A stretch of 64,000 bases of DNA from Thermoplasmata archaeon (GTDB lineage Archaea; Thermoplasmatota; Thermoplasmata; Lutacidiplasmatales; UBA184). Every line of letters starts with the position of its first letter. The first letter of the stretch is position 1. The DNA lies in contig JAKAUN010000012.1 of the NCBI GenBank assembly GCA_021817605.1, positions 7,507 to 71,506 on the forward strand, given 5' to 3'. Below, in pieces: positions 16,611-26,659 of the stretch. The notes below the pieces were generated by a model. It did not search any database. It saw nothing but the letters and a program-made list of their open reading frames with translations, and was not told the DNA's origin. The translations under genes and the position numbers were made by a program.

Positions 16611-18490
16611 ATGTCTACGGGAACTCCTCCCACGCGGCCATACCCCATGCCGAATGCACGCACCGGAGCGAGCGTAGCCCTATCGACGATTGCCGTCGCG
16701 ACCCTGATCAGGCTGGTGGCTCTTGCCGTGAGCCTTCCCTCAGCGCCTGCCAACTCTTCCGGCATGTCGGCGGGGACGCAACTGCCGGCTCCCCCGGCGA
16801 CCCCTCAGCTTCCTCGGGCCCCCTCGCTCCCGACAGCCGTGCCCCTGGCTTCCTCGGGCCCCGCCGTCCTGCAGAACCCCTCCGTTTCTGCGGCGGTCAA
16901 CGCCACCTTCTACAACGTGACCCTTGTGGAGAACGGCCTGCCTGTCGGTAGCACCTGGTCCGTGAACGTCACGGAATTCAGTACCTCGGCCGTTGTCAGC
17001 GTGCCGGTCACCGGCCCCACCCAGTCGATCTCGCTGAGAGCCCTAGATTACGGCACGGTGAGCTACACTCCGTTGGCCTACGGGCCCTGCTCCCCGGCGC
17101 CTCCCGCAGGGAGCATCCTCGTCTCTGGCGCGAACGTTACCGCCCCGGTCATGCAGTACACTTCCCTCTGCCCCTACCAGGTCACTCTCGAGGCGTCCGG
17201 GCCGGTCCCGGGGGTTACGTGGTCCGCCAGCTCGAACACCACGCGCGTCTACGTCGACGTCCTGGTCGGCATCTTCGTGGGAGCTGTCAGTTCCCTTACC
17301 TTCTTCACGGTCAACGGGACGTTCAACTACTCGTTCGCGACAGCGAACCCCAGTTACACCAGCCCGCCCTCCGGGAGCGTCACCGTCGCCGGAGCGAACG
17401 TGATCGTCCCGATCACCTTCCTCTCGCACTGCCCTTACACGGTGACCTTTGACGCCTCGGCCTGCCTACGGGCAGCGCCTGGTCGGTCACCTCGACTACG
17501 CGGGTCGTCCTCCAGCCCATGCTCAACAACACCGCCTTCGGCCCGGCGGGGTCGGCCGCCTTCGCCACCGTCAACGGGACGTTCAACTACTCGGTCCTCC
17601 CGCCGTCCCCGTGGTGGGCGGTGAGCCCCGCTTCGGGCAGCGTGGTGGTCGCCGGGACCAGCCTGACGATCTCCCTGACCTTCGTCAAGCTGCCCGTCGT
17701 CGGCCTCACGCTGAAGGAGGTCGGCCTTCCTTCCGGCTCGTCCTGGACGATCGTCTCGGACCAGCTCAACGAGACGGTCCACAATACCGGCTCGGGCATG
17801 GTCATCTCGGCCCCGAACCCGGTCCGCCTCAACTTCACCACCCATCCCCCGTCCGGCTTCGGCCTCTACTCGATCATCGGTTCGGGCGCGCCGGCCAACG
17901 GAGGCGGCGGCGTGGTGCTCGACAGCATCACCGGTAGCGCCTCCCTCGAGTTGGTCTTCGGCCCCCTCGAGAACGTGACCTTCCACGAGTCGGGGCTCTC
18001 GAGCGGGAGCTACTGGTGGGTCAAACTTACCGGCTACTCTCGCGTCACCTCGGCCACGCCCCCTCAGGTACACGCCGTGAGCTTCGGCGCGAACCTATCG
18101 GTCCTCTTGGTCAAGGGACGCTACACCTACCAGGTCGGTGTGGGGGCCCCCCAATTCTACCGCGCGGCGCATGGGGGCAAGGGGCACCTCGGAGTTCCGG
18201 CACACGCCCTCTCCAAGAACCTCCGGTTCAAGCTCCTCACCTCCAAGGTGGTGTTCAAGGAACTCGGGCTACCGTCGACCGGCGTCTGGACCCTCAAGCT
18301 CACCGGCCCCGAGGACCTTACCTACGACCACACCGGTGCTTCGCTGCCGTTGCGCCTTATCTACGGGATCTACACCTTCAACGTCACGAGCTCGGTGCCC
18401 GGCTACTACCCGTCACTCCCCTCCAGCGGAACGATCTTGGTGACCCCGCCCACCCCGGCGGCGGTTGTTTTCGTCTTCAACAAAACGTAG
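16611..18490 (+). pseudogene. Secreted repeat-module surface glycoprotein, disrupted by a -1 frameshift near 17460
   Basis: Signal peptide MPNARTGASVALSTIAVATLIRLVALAVSLPSAPA. Repeats VTLVENGLPVGSTWSVNVTEF / VTLEASGPVPGVTWSASSNTT / TVTFDAS in frame 0 (track ORF 16041..17624). The next module resumes in frame 2 (GLPTGSAWSVTSTT..., track ORF 17519..18490). One G is missing from the run at ~17458-17460. Confidence 0.7.
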
Positions 18491-18655
18491 CCTAGCCGGT
18501 GAGGACCGGCCGAACGCTCGGGGCCGCGGCCCGGGTGCTGGCCGGTCCCGTGGCTCCCGTCCCGCCCGTGCGTCCCGCCAGCTCCCTGCGAGCCTCGGCG
18601 CTGCCACGGGGATCCGCAAGCCACCTTAGGTAGGCAGCGCAGGTACGGTTGGCTC

Positions 18656-19180
18656 GTGAACGAGGAAGCGGCAGCGCCGCGGACGACGCTCGCGGGAGCT
18701 GTCCACCGCCTCGGAGCCAAGCCGAGGGCGCCCGGCGAGCGGGGCCTGCCCAAGCCCGAGATCCTGGAGGCGCGGCTGGGTCCGGGAGGCGTGGACAGGG
18801 ACTTCAACGTCTACCGCCAGGACACCAAGCACGGAGACCCTGCGATGGCCGTCCTTCTGCTCCCGCTGGAGACCGTCGACGAACTGAACCGCGAGGGGTG
18901 GCCGGTGCGTCCCGGGGATCTGGGAGAGAACGTGACCACCGAGGGCATCGCCTACGCCGAGCTGGCCGCCCCACGGACCCTCCGTGTAGGGGCTGCCCTG
19001 CTTCGGACGACGAAGAAGTGCGACCCGTGCACCAACCTCTACGAGCTCCCTTACGTAGGCAAGTCCCACGGACCTAAGTTCCTGCGGGCGACCCTCGGAC
19101 GCCGGGGCTGGTATGCGAGCGTGCTTGAGCCCGGGGTCGTTCGCAAGGGCGATCGCATCGAGCTCCTTTCCACCGCGTAG
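18656..19180 (+). CDS. MOSC domain-containing protein
   Basis: PGDLGENVTTEGI...KKCDPCTNL...RRGWYASVLEPGVVRKGDRI matches MOSC (MoCo sulfurase C-terminal) beta-barrel with conserved Cys; GTG start. Confidence 0.8.
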   Translation: MNEEAAAPRTTLAGAVHRLGAKPRAPGERGLPKPEILEARLGPGGVDRDFNVYRQDTKHGDPAMAVLLLPLETVDELNREGWPVRPGDLGENVTTEGIAYAELAAPRTLRVGAALLRTTKKCDPCTNLYELPYVGKSHGPKFLRATLGRRGWYASVLEPGVVRKGDRIELLSTA

Positions 19181-19343
19181 GCTCCGACGCCGTCGCTGCT
19201 CGGGAGACCTCCGCGCCTGCACGAAGGCCTACGCCGCGGACGATGGCCCTAGGCCGGCCCCCCGGGTTGTGGGGAGTCTCAGGAACCGCCCGCCGGGATC
19301 ACAGCCTCGGGGAATGACGCTCCAGGAAGGCGAGGACTCTCTT

Positions 19344-19942
19344 TCACGCGTCCGCACGCGCCTCACGGTGTTCGGCGAACGAGCGGTCGAAGGAGCTCTG
19401 CGGCGCGCCCGGATAGGTGTGGGACTTCACCTCGACGCCACGCTGGCGGACCATAGCGGAGAACTGCTCGAACTCGGCGGGAGGAGTGCCTCGGTCTTCC
19501 CCCGCCATGAGCATCAGGAGCGGCGCCTTCATCTTTGGGCCCACGGACCGACCCGTTCCATCGGTTTCCCGTCGTAGAAACCGATGCGGCCGGCGAGCCC
19601 GAGGTCCTCGGCCGACTGACGCCAGGAATTCGCTCCGCCGAAGCAGAAACCCAAGGCGAAGACCGGCCGTTTTGCCCCCTGTGGGAGGGCGAGACGATCT
19701 ACGGCGGCCCGGACGTCCCGGGCGATCTCTTCCAAAGTCGTCTTCTCGACGTGCGTCTTCCAGTCGAACGACTCGTCCCGCGGAGCTGTCCCGGCGGTTC
19801 GGCCAAAGTAGTCGACGGCGATGCCGCGGCAGCCGGGCTCCGCGAACCGGACGCTGAGGTCCTCGTACCAGGGAGGGAGGCCCCGGACATCCGGGAGGAG
19901 GTCCACGCCCGCGCACGCCGCCCGGGCGGGCGCCGCGTACTA
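19344..19942 (-). pseudogene. Dienelactone hydrolase family protein, disrupted (frameshift ~19550, in-frame TAG near 19940)
   Basis: GFCFGG nucleophile motif in track ORF 19529..19906; C-terminal KAPLLMLMAGEDRGTPP...HTYPGAPQSSF in the other frame (19344..19916); N-terminal segment preceded by an in-frame TAG; catalytic His apparently replaced by Gln. Confidence 0.6.
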
Positions 19943-20330
19943 GGCTTGAGATCTGTTGCCGTCGACGGCCGAGAGCTCGAGCGCGAGGTGCTCTCCCACC
20001 GGACCGCGCCCTGGGGGTTCGGGGGCCCTCGAGTCATCAGAGTGGCAGCGGCTCGGGCCGAAGGGGCTGCTCCCCCTCTACGTAACGGAAAACCGGCGGG
20101 GCCGGTCCGTGGCTCCCGCCCCGCCTTCGACCCATGGGCGGCCCCTCCGACCGGGACCGGTCGGGACGCCGGCGGGGGCCGCGAGCGGTTCCCTCCGTCG
20201 GTTCCGCGACGACCGGTGCTTCCGTCCGCACTGTCGCGGGCTCCGCCCCGAGCCGGAACGCGAGCCGCACGGGGGGAGGCGCGAAAGCGTTGGACATAGG
20301 TTCAACTACCGGAAACGACGACTTTGACCC

Positions 20331-20600
20331 GTGCCGACCGCCTTCCGGTGCCCTTCCTGTGGCCGGGGCTACTCCACCCGTTGGCGTTTGAAGCGGCACC
20401 TCCAGACCCACGTTCCGGACCCCTCCACGGCCTTCGCCCTCGCCAGCAGCGCGGTCCGGCTCCCCAGCCCCTCGATCTGGTCCTGCGCCGACTGCTCCCG
20501 GCGGTTCAGCTCGCGGGAGGGCCTGGCCGCGCACGCTCGCCTCACGCGCCATCTGGGGTGGGGCGTCACGCGAGGCACGCCCGAGCCCCAGTTGGTCTAG
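20331..20600 (+). CDS. C2H2 zinc-finger protein (two fingers)
   Basis: FRCPSCGRGYSTRWRLKRHLQTH (C-x2-C-x12-H-x3-H) and WSCADCSRRFSSREGLAAHARLTRH; GTG start. Confidence 0.7.
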   Translation: MPTAFRCPSCGRGYSTRWRLKRHLQTHVPDPSTAFALASSAVRLPSPSIWSCADCSRRFSSREGLAAHARLTRHLGWGVTRGTPEPQLV

Positions 20601-21057
20601 CGGAGCCGTTGCCCCCGATACCTTTCTCGCACCCCAGGTCCGACTCCGCTCTCGGCACCGGTGCGCGGATCAAGGGCCCCGGTCGTTGGGGGGGAACGTC
20701 CCGGCTTAGACCGGGCGTCCCACCGCTCTCGAAATTCGTTTCCCTCGTCGGGAGCCGTCGGCGGAGTAGCCAGGCGTTCACCCCCGTGAAGATCCCCCCG
20801 ACCACGATCATGACTCCCCCGGCCCCGAAGAGGATCTGAAGAAGGAGGAACGTGGTTCCGGCGGACGACCCTCCTCCCGTGAGGTTCGACGACTCCTCCC
20901 GCGACACGGCAAACCACCCCACCGCGTAGAGCACGATACCGGCAACGAGGATCCCGAGGCTCACCTTGAGGTCCCGCCGGGTCTGGCGGGAGCTCAGGAC
21001 GATGGAGCTGTTCGGCGCCTGGGCAGGAGCGGCCACGTCCGGCTCCGGGGAGGTCAA
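20566..21057 (-). CDS. Small membrane protein (2 TM), hypothetical
   Basis: LGILVAGIVLYAVGWFAV and FLLLQILFGAGGVMIVVGGIFTGV hydrophobic helices; low-complexity tail. Confidence 0.4.
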   Translation of the reverse strand: MTSPEPDVAAPAQAPNSSIVLSSRQTRRDLKVSLGILVAGIVLYAVGWFAVSREESSNLTGGGSSAGTTFLLLQILFGAGGVMIVVGGIFTGVNAWLLRRRLPTRETNFESGGTPGLSRDVPPQRPGPLIRAPVPRAESDLGCEKGIGGNGSARPTGARACLA

Positions 21058-21258
21058 GGAGCACGGGTACTTGGGTTGAAGCTCAGGGCCGGCTCCCGCT
21101 CGATCGGGCGAACCGGTGCCGTCGTCCCCCGGCGCTTGCCGGGTCGCCGCGACCCCCGGGCGGCTAGGAGGGGGTGCCGCTCCGCTCGGCGCGGGATCGA
21201 CGGGGGCCGGGTCCGGCGCAGGCGGTCCACGAGACGGGAACCCTCTCGTGCTCCTCGT

Positions 21259-21588
21259 TCAGGGGACCTCCGCGTCGCTCGTGGAGTCGGTCGCGGTGTA
21301 ACGTGCCCGTCGAAGATCGACTCGAGCGCCACGCAACGGCACCCCTTCCTGGCGGAGCAGCCCGAGCTGTTCCCCTCCCAAGGCGGGCTCGCCGTTGGAG
21401 CGGACCACACGATGCCAGGGGATCTCCTCCCGCGTCGTCGCGAGAACGAAACCTACCCGGCGAGGGGCTCGTCGGTCGATGTCTGCGTAGGTCGACACCC
21501 GCCCGTAGGGGATCTCCCGGACCCGTTCGACCACGAGGGCTTCGAACTCTGCGCGCCGCCGGGGGCGCCGGCCTCGGTCCCGAGGCAT
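21259..21588 (-). CDS. Alkyltransferase-like protein (MGMT DNA-binding domain with Cys->Trp, PWHRV)
   Basis: VREIPYGRVSTYADI...VGFVLATTREEIPWHRVVRSNGEPALGGEQLGLLRQEGV matches O6-methylguanine-DNA methyltransferase C-terminal domain, with the active-site Cys replaced by Trp as in ATL proteins; ATG at 21588. Confidence 0.65.
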   Translation of the reverse strand: MPRDRGRRPRRRAEFEALVVERVREIPYGRVSTYADIDRRAPRRVGFVLATTREEIPWHRVVRSNGEPALGGEQLGLLRQEGVPLRGARVDLRRARYTATDSTSDAEVP

Positions 21589-21729
21589 CCCGTGCCGCAG
21601 GCCCGCCGAAGCTTCCCGCTTGCGGAGCCGACCCTGGCCGGGTCCGCGAACGTGGCCGAGCCGGCCAGAGACCGTCGTACGACGTCCACGCCTCATGCAC
21701 GCGGCAGCCGCGCCCGTCGAACGGGGTTC

Positions 21730-22566
21730 CTACTTCACCCGGAGAGCACGGGAGGCGAGCAGCAGGGCAAGACCGCTGAGGGCAAGGGCCCAGCCGAGCA
21801 GCCCGAAGAGGTAGATGTAGGAGGGATACGGGTAGTAGGCCGTCCCGAAGAACGTCTCCCGCATCACGTTCACCGCGAGGGAGATCGGGTTGTAGGCCGT
21901 AATCGACTGCAGCCACCCGGGAGAGGTCCCCTTCGGGAAGAGCGCGTTGGAGGTGAACAGGAGCGGAAGGTTGAGCAGGTTGACCACACCGAAGTAGGAC
22001 TCGGGGCGGGAGAGGAGGAAGCCGAACGACAGGAAGAGCGAGGTGAAGGCGATGGAAAGGACGAGGATCGCCACGAGCACCTCGAGCGCGCCGAGCCAGC
22101 CGACATGCTCGGTCACCGACAGGCCCACCAGTCCGGGCACGTGGGCGAAGACGAGCGAGAGGCCGAGCACGATCAGGATGGGGAGAACGACCAGGAACGA
22201 ATAGAAGAGCAGCTCCGAGAGAAAGATCGTGCTGCGTCGTACCGGCGTGGCGATCGTCCGCTGGAGGATCCCGAGCTGCTTGTCGAAGATCACGCCCGTG
22301 CCCGAGAAGAGCGCCGAGGTGACGGCGACCATCCCGACCATGCCGAGGGCGAAGTAGGAGAAGTAGTCCGGGGCCCCCTGGATCGCGGACCTCAGCCCGG
22401 CCTGGGCTAGGGGGTTGGCCGGAACGAGCTTGCCGAGGTCGAAGGCCTGCCCGAAAAGCAGGAGGTAGAGGAGCGGGGTGAGCAGCCCCGCGACGATCCA
22501 GGTGGGGGCTCGCGTCCAGCGCACGAACCGTCGCCGGAGCAGGGCTCCGAGCCCCTGCAGCATCAC
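21730..22566 (-). CDS. ABC-2 family transporter permease
   Basis: 6 TM helices, ABC-2 permease pattern; start overlaps ATPase stop. Confidence 0.85.
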   Translation of the reverse strand: MMLQGLGALLRRRFVRWTRAPTWIVAGLLTPLLYLLLFGQAFDLGKLVPANPLAQAGLRSAIQGAPDYFSYFALGMVGMVAVTSALFSGTGVIFDKQLGILQRTIATPVRRSTIFLSELLFYSFLVVLPILIVLGLSLVFAHVPGLVGLSVTEHVGWLGALEVLVAILVLSIAFTSLFLSFGFLLSRPESYFGVVNLLNLPLLFTSNALFPKGTSPGWLQSITAYNPISLAVNVMRETFFGTAYYPYPSYIYLFGLLGWALALSGLALLLASRALRVK

Positions 22567-23570
22567 TAGCCGCCCCTCCTCGGCGTGAAGGCCGAGCTGG
22601 ACGACGCGCGCCCCTCGTCGTAGCCTTCCTCCCGGTACGCCCGGCCCGTCAGCCCGAGGAAGACCCGATCGAGGCTCGGCCGGAGGACCCGGATGCCCTC
22701 GACGGCGACCCCGGCCCGGTCGCAGGCCTTGACGAGGGAGGGTACCAGGGTCTCTCCCCGCGGGGTCTTCACGTGGTAGACGCTTCCGTCCCGCGTGACC
22801 TCCCGTGCCCCGTCGACCGCGGTAAGCTCCCCGGTGAGGTCGGGGGCACCGGCGGCGAGGCGCACCTCGACCTCGTCGCCTCCGACCCGCTCCTTGAGGG
22901 CGTCGTTGGTTCCCATCGCCACGATCTTCCCGTGGTCGATGATCGCCACGCGCTCGCAGAGGTTCTCGACCTCGTCGAGATAGTGGGTCGTCATGAAGAT
23001 CGTCACCTGCTTTTCCTTGCGGAGCCGCTGGATGTACTCCCAGAAGCCGGCACGGCCCTGAGGGTCGAGGCCGATCGTCGGCTCGTCCAAAAAGAGGATC
23101 TGGGGCGTGTGCACCACCGCTACGGCCAGCTCGAGGCGGCGCTTCATCCCTCCCGAGTAGCCTTTCACCCGTCGGTCGGCGGCGTCAGCGAGGTCCATGC
23201 TAGCGAGCAGGTCGTCGATCTGGGCACGGGCCTCGCGCAGGGACATGCCGAAGAGTCCCGCGGCGAGTTCCATGTTCTCCCTGCCGGTGAGTTCCCCGTC
23301 CGCGGTGGAGTCCTGGAAGACGAGGCCGATGCGGCTGCGCACCTCGCGCGGACGCGTCGCCACGTCGATCCCCGCGACCAGCGCCCGCCCGCTCGTCGGC
23401 CGCAGGAGGGTGGTCAGCATGGAGATGGTCGTCGTCTTTCCCGCACCGTTCGGCCCGAGAAAGCCGAAAAGCTCCCCCGAGCCCACGGAGAACGAGATCC
23501 CCTGGACCGCGCGGACGCCCCCGGGGTAGACCTTCTCGAGGTGCTCGACTCCGATCGCTTCTTCCGCCAT
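22566..23570 (-). CDS. ABC transporter ATP-binding protein (ABC-2/DrrA-like)
   Basis: Walker A GPNGAGKTT, signature YSGGMKRRL, Walker B ILFLDEPT. Confidence 0.9.
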   Translation of the reverse strand: MAEEAIGVEHLEKVYPGGVRAVQGISFSVGSGELFGFLGPNGAGKTTTISMLTTLLRPTSGRALVAGIDVATRPREVRSRIGLVFQDSTADGELTGRENMELAAGLFGMSLREARAQIDDLLASMDLADAADRRVKGYSGGMKRRLELAVAVVHTPQILFLDEPTIGLDPQGRAGFWEYIQRLRKEKQVTIFMTTHYLDEVENLCERVAIIDHGKIVAMGTNDALKERVGGDEVEVRLAAGAPDLTGELTAVDGAREVTRDGSVYHVKTPRGETLVPSLVKACDRAGVAVEGIRVLRPSLDRVFLGLTGRAYREEGYDEGRASSSSAFTPRRGG

Positions 23571-23788
23571 GGAACTGCTGAGAGCTTAGGTTCGGCCTAG
23601 CTCCGGGCCCATTTTAGGAGCTAGAACCGCCCCCAGGAGGATTGGGCTGGGTTTGGCACTACGCGAGACACCTCGCCAGGAGGGCGACCGCTCGACCCCG
23701 CCGCGCCGAGCGGCCTCGCCGCGCCGGCTCTGAAGGGGTCTCTCGGCGGTCCTGCCGCCTCTCGCGAGGCCACGCCGCGAGGGCCGTC

Positions 23789-25111
23789 TCAGCCGCGTTC
23801 AGGGCGGCGGGTCTCGGCCGCGGGGAGCGCTCTGCCCGGCACGGCCTTTTGCTCCCTGCGCCGTCGCTCTGTCCGCCGGAGGCGGAGGAACCCCAGGGCG
23901 ACGGCGACCGAGAGAGAGAACATCCCGACCCAGAGGAACTCGGGGCCGGAGGTCCCGAGCCCGAGGAGCAGGGTCCCGAGGACGGGGGCGATCAGACGCG
24001 AGGCGTTGGTCGCGGCGTTGTACGCCCCGAAGTAGCTCCCCCGACGCTCGGGACCGGAGAAGCCGGCCACCAGCGACTGTTGCGTCGGGCTCACGATGTC
24101 CTCGCCGACCGTGAGAACGCCCATCGCCAGAAGGTAGGCGGGGAACACGTGGGCGAGGTCGAACAGGAGGAACGAGGTTCCGTAGGTCAAGGTCCCACCG
24201 GCCATGAAGGCGAGGTGGTCGCGGCGCACGTCGATGAGGCGGGCGAACGGCAGTTGCAGCAGCACCACGAGGGCGCCGTTGAGCGAGTAGATGAGTCCGA
24301 ACTCGCTGTACGGGACGCTCCGGACGGAACCTAGGAAGAGCGCGAGAGGGGTCCCGAACTGGTTCATCAGCACGGCGAGCCCCGCGAAGCCGACGAGCAG
24401 CCAGGCAAACGGTCGGTCGAGAAAGGGGGCGACAACGCGGGCCAGGGCGTGCCCCCCGGCGCTTCCGCGGCCGGCGAAGGTTTCCCGCAGCATCACGAGC
24501 AACAGGCCCCCCTCCACGAGCGAGGTGAGCGCCGCGAAGAGGAACAGGGAGGGAAGCCCCGCGTAGGTCGCGAGGAGCCCTCCGATGGCCGGCGAGATCG
24601 CAAAACCGGTGTTGGTGAACACTCTCTGGACCCCGAAGGCGGTGACCGCGAGGTCGGGGGTTGTGATGTCGCCGATCATCGCGCTCTGGGCTGGCCGCGT
24701 GAGCCCGCCCAGGAACGAGTTCATCGCCCAGAGGACCATGACGATCGGGACGCCGCGGTCGAGGTTGAGCCAGAGGAGCACGAGCACCCCGACGCTCACG
24801 AAGCTCGGGTAGATGGCGAACGGCCGGCGGCCGTACCGGTCGGAAAGCTGGCCCCCTAGCAGGAACGAGAACGTGCCTACGGGGACGATCGCGGCGATGA
24901 GCCCGCCGATGAGGAGATAGGAAAGGTGGTAGACGTTCGCGAAGACCAGCGGCAGGAAGACAAAGGTCGCCGAGCGGCCGATGCTGCGCACCATCCCGGC
25001 GCTGCCGAGCAGGTAGACCCGCCGGTCAAGGCCAAGGACGGCGGCCCACGACTGCGAGCGTGCCACGCCCGTCGGAGGGGGGCGCCGTCTTGGAGGTTGC
25101 GGAAGGCCCAT
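23789..25111 (-). CDS. MFS transporter
   Basis: 12 predicted TM segments, MFS-like loops (GQLSDRYGRRP). Confidence 0.85.
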   Translation of the reverse strand: MGLPQPPRRRPPPTGVARSQSWAAVLGLDRRVYLLGSAGMVRSIGRSATFVFLPLVFANVYHLSYLLIGGLIAAIVPVGTFSFLLGGQLSDRYGRRPFAIYPSFVSVGVLVLLWLNLDRGVPIVMVLWAMNSFLGGLTRPAQSAMIGDITTPDLAVTAFGVQRVFTNTGFAISPAIGGLLATYAGLPSLFLFAALTSLVEGGLLLVMLRETFAGRGSAGGHALARVVAPFLDRPFAWLLVGFAGLAVLMNQFGTPLALFLGSVRSVPYSEFGLIYSLNGALVVLLQLPFARLIDVRRDHLAFMAGGTLTYGTSFLLFDLAHVFPAYLLAMGVLTVGEDIVSPTQQSLVAGFSGPERRGSYFGAYNAATNASRLIAPVLGTLLLGLGTSGPEFLWVGMFSLSVAVALGFLRLRRTERRRREQKAVPGRALPAAETRRPERG

Positions 25112-25160
25112 GACGCTCCCGCCGTGCGGCGGGCCCGGCGTTGGGGGAAAGAGACCCTCC

Positions 25161-25472
25161 TCAGAACGGCAGGGTGAACGGCGGCCGTCGCGAGAGGCCG
25201 TAGGCGACCAGGTAGGCGAAGAACCCGAGGAACGGCGCGGTCGCCTGGAGGGCGCTGCGCACCCACATCCGCGTGACCCGGCGCGAGAGGACGAGGGCCG
25301 AGATGAGCGTGGGGCCCTCCACGATGCCGAGCCCGATGCCGAAGATCGCCACGGCGCTGACGCCCAAAAAGGCGGAGAGCCACGGGGTGGCGGTCTGCAC
25401 GCTCCAGCCGAAGAGGAGGCCGATGAGCAGAGAGCTCGCTACGACAAGACCCGATCGGGAACGCTCGGCCAT
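25161..25472 (-). CDS. Small membrane protein (3 TM), hypothetical
   Basis: ATG at 25472; hydrophobic helices; co-oriented upstream of MFS gene. Confidence 0.45.
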   Translation of the reverse strand: MAERSRSGLVVASSLLIGLLFGWSVQTATPWLSAFLGVSAVAIFGIGLGIVEGPTLISALVLSRRVTRMWVRSALQATAPFLGFFAYLVAYGLSRRPPFTLPF

Positions 25473-25869
25473 GGCTACAGCCCCCGGTCTCCGAAGGCAG
25501 CGGAGGAAGGAACGCAGCCCTGCTTGTTACTATCGCCGACGCTCCCTCCCGGCGAGGTCGGCGGGGGCTCACGACGCGGGGGGCCTCACCGCGAGGAGGA
25601 GGAGCGAGCCTCCGCCTCCCTGGAAGACCGAAGCGACCTCCTCCGGCAGATGTGCCTGCCGCGCGTAGGGCCGGAAATCCGGCTCGTCGGCCCGCACCTC
25701 GGAGAATCCCGCGTCTCGCGCGAGCTCGTCCGGCGCATAGAAGCGCGAGCGCGAGGAGAAGAGCGCGGGGGACGCTAGGGATCCGCGACGCCCGTGAGGG
25801 CTCTGCTCCAAAAAGTCCTTAACTCGGCCGCAGGGCTTTTTCCCTTCGGACCCCACCGAGGGAGGACCC

Positions 25870-26481
25870 GTGGTCTTCGAGAAGTCCGAGATCTGGAGCT
25901 TCGAGGCACCGTCGGCCCCCGAGCTCCTCACGGCCGCCTCGGGGTTCTGGACCCAGAGAGGTTACAGCCTGCAGTCGACGAGTGCCACGAGCTTTCGGGG
26001 GCGCTCGTTCCACTCCACCCTCGGCATCCATCGCGTCCTCGACCTGGTGGTAACGCCCTCCGGGACCGGGGCGGTGGTCCATCTCCGCTATCGCGCCGAT
26101 GTCCGGCCCGAGGTCGCCGCGGGCGGTGCCGTCGTGGCCGTGCTCCTGTTGCCTCTCGCGGTGGTGGGCGCAGCGATCTCCTGGCACGAGTACGAGTCGG
26201 ACTGGTCCAGGGAGCGGTGGGATTTCTGGAACTTCCTGGTGAGCGGGGTCAAGGCCCAACCTCTGGCCGCCGCTTCCTCCGCTCCCCTAGCCCCGAGCGA
26301 AGGCTCGGCGCCACCGCCTCCTCCGCCCCCGCCCGGAGCCGTCGCGGGCGCGGCGCCCGCATCGGGGAGCCCGACCGCTTCGGCCTGCCCTGCGTGCGGA
26401 GCGGCGGCGACGGGCCAGGGGAGATTCTGCTCTTCCTGCGGGACGGCCATCCCGGCCCGGTCACCCCCGGCGACCTCCTAG
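25870..26481 (+). CDS. Membrane protein with C-terminal zinc-ribbon (CPACG...CSSCG) and poly-Pro linker
   Basis: GAGGGAGG RBS ~8 nt upstream of GTG; TM helix AVVAVLLLPLAVVGAAISW; CxxC...CxxC. Confidence 0.5.
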   Translation: MVFEKSEIWSFEAPSAPELLTAASGFWTQRGYSLQSTSATSFRGRSFHSTLGIHRVLDLVVTPSGTGAVVHLRYRADVRPEVAAGGAVVAVLLLPLAVVGAAISWHEYESDWSRERWDFWNFLVSGVKAQPLAAASSAPLAPSEGSAPPPPPPPPGAVAGAAPASGSPTASACPACGAAATGQGRFCSSCGTAIPARSPPATS

Positions 26482-26659
26482 CGATCTCCTGCGGCTCGAA
26501 CTCGTCAGGGCTCGCCGCCGTTCACGGCATGGTCGGCGTCCTGCGCGAATCCCGCCGCGTGCCGGAGCGCGGGGGGACCCAAGGCGCTCTGCGGCGGCCC
26601 CCGACTTCGGCCGAGAGCGATAGATAGCCGCCGGTCTCCGAGATAGGATCGAGATCCCG

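Noticed and set aside
21076-22410. 444-aa plus ORF
   Set aside because: Antisense to the ATL gene and ABC-2 permease; E/R/G/D low-complexity
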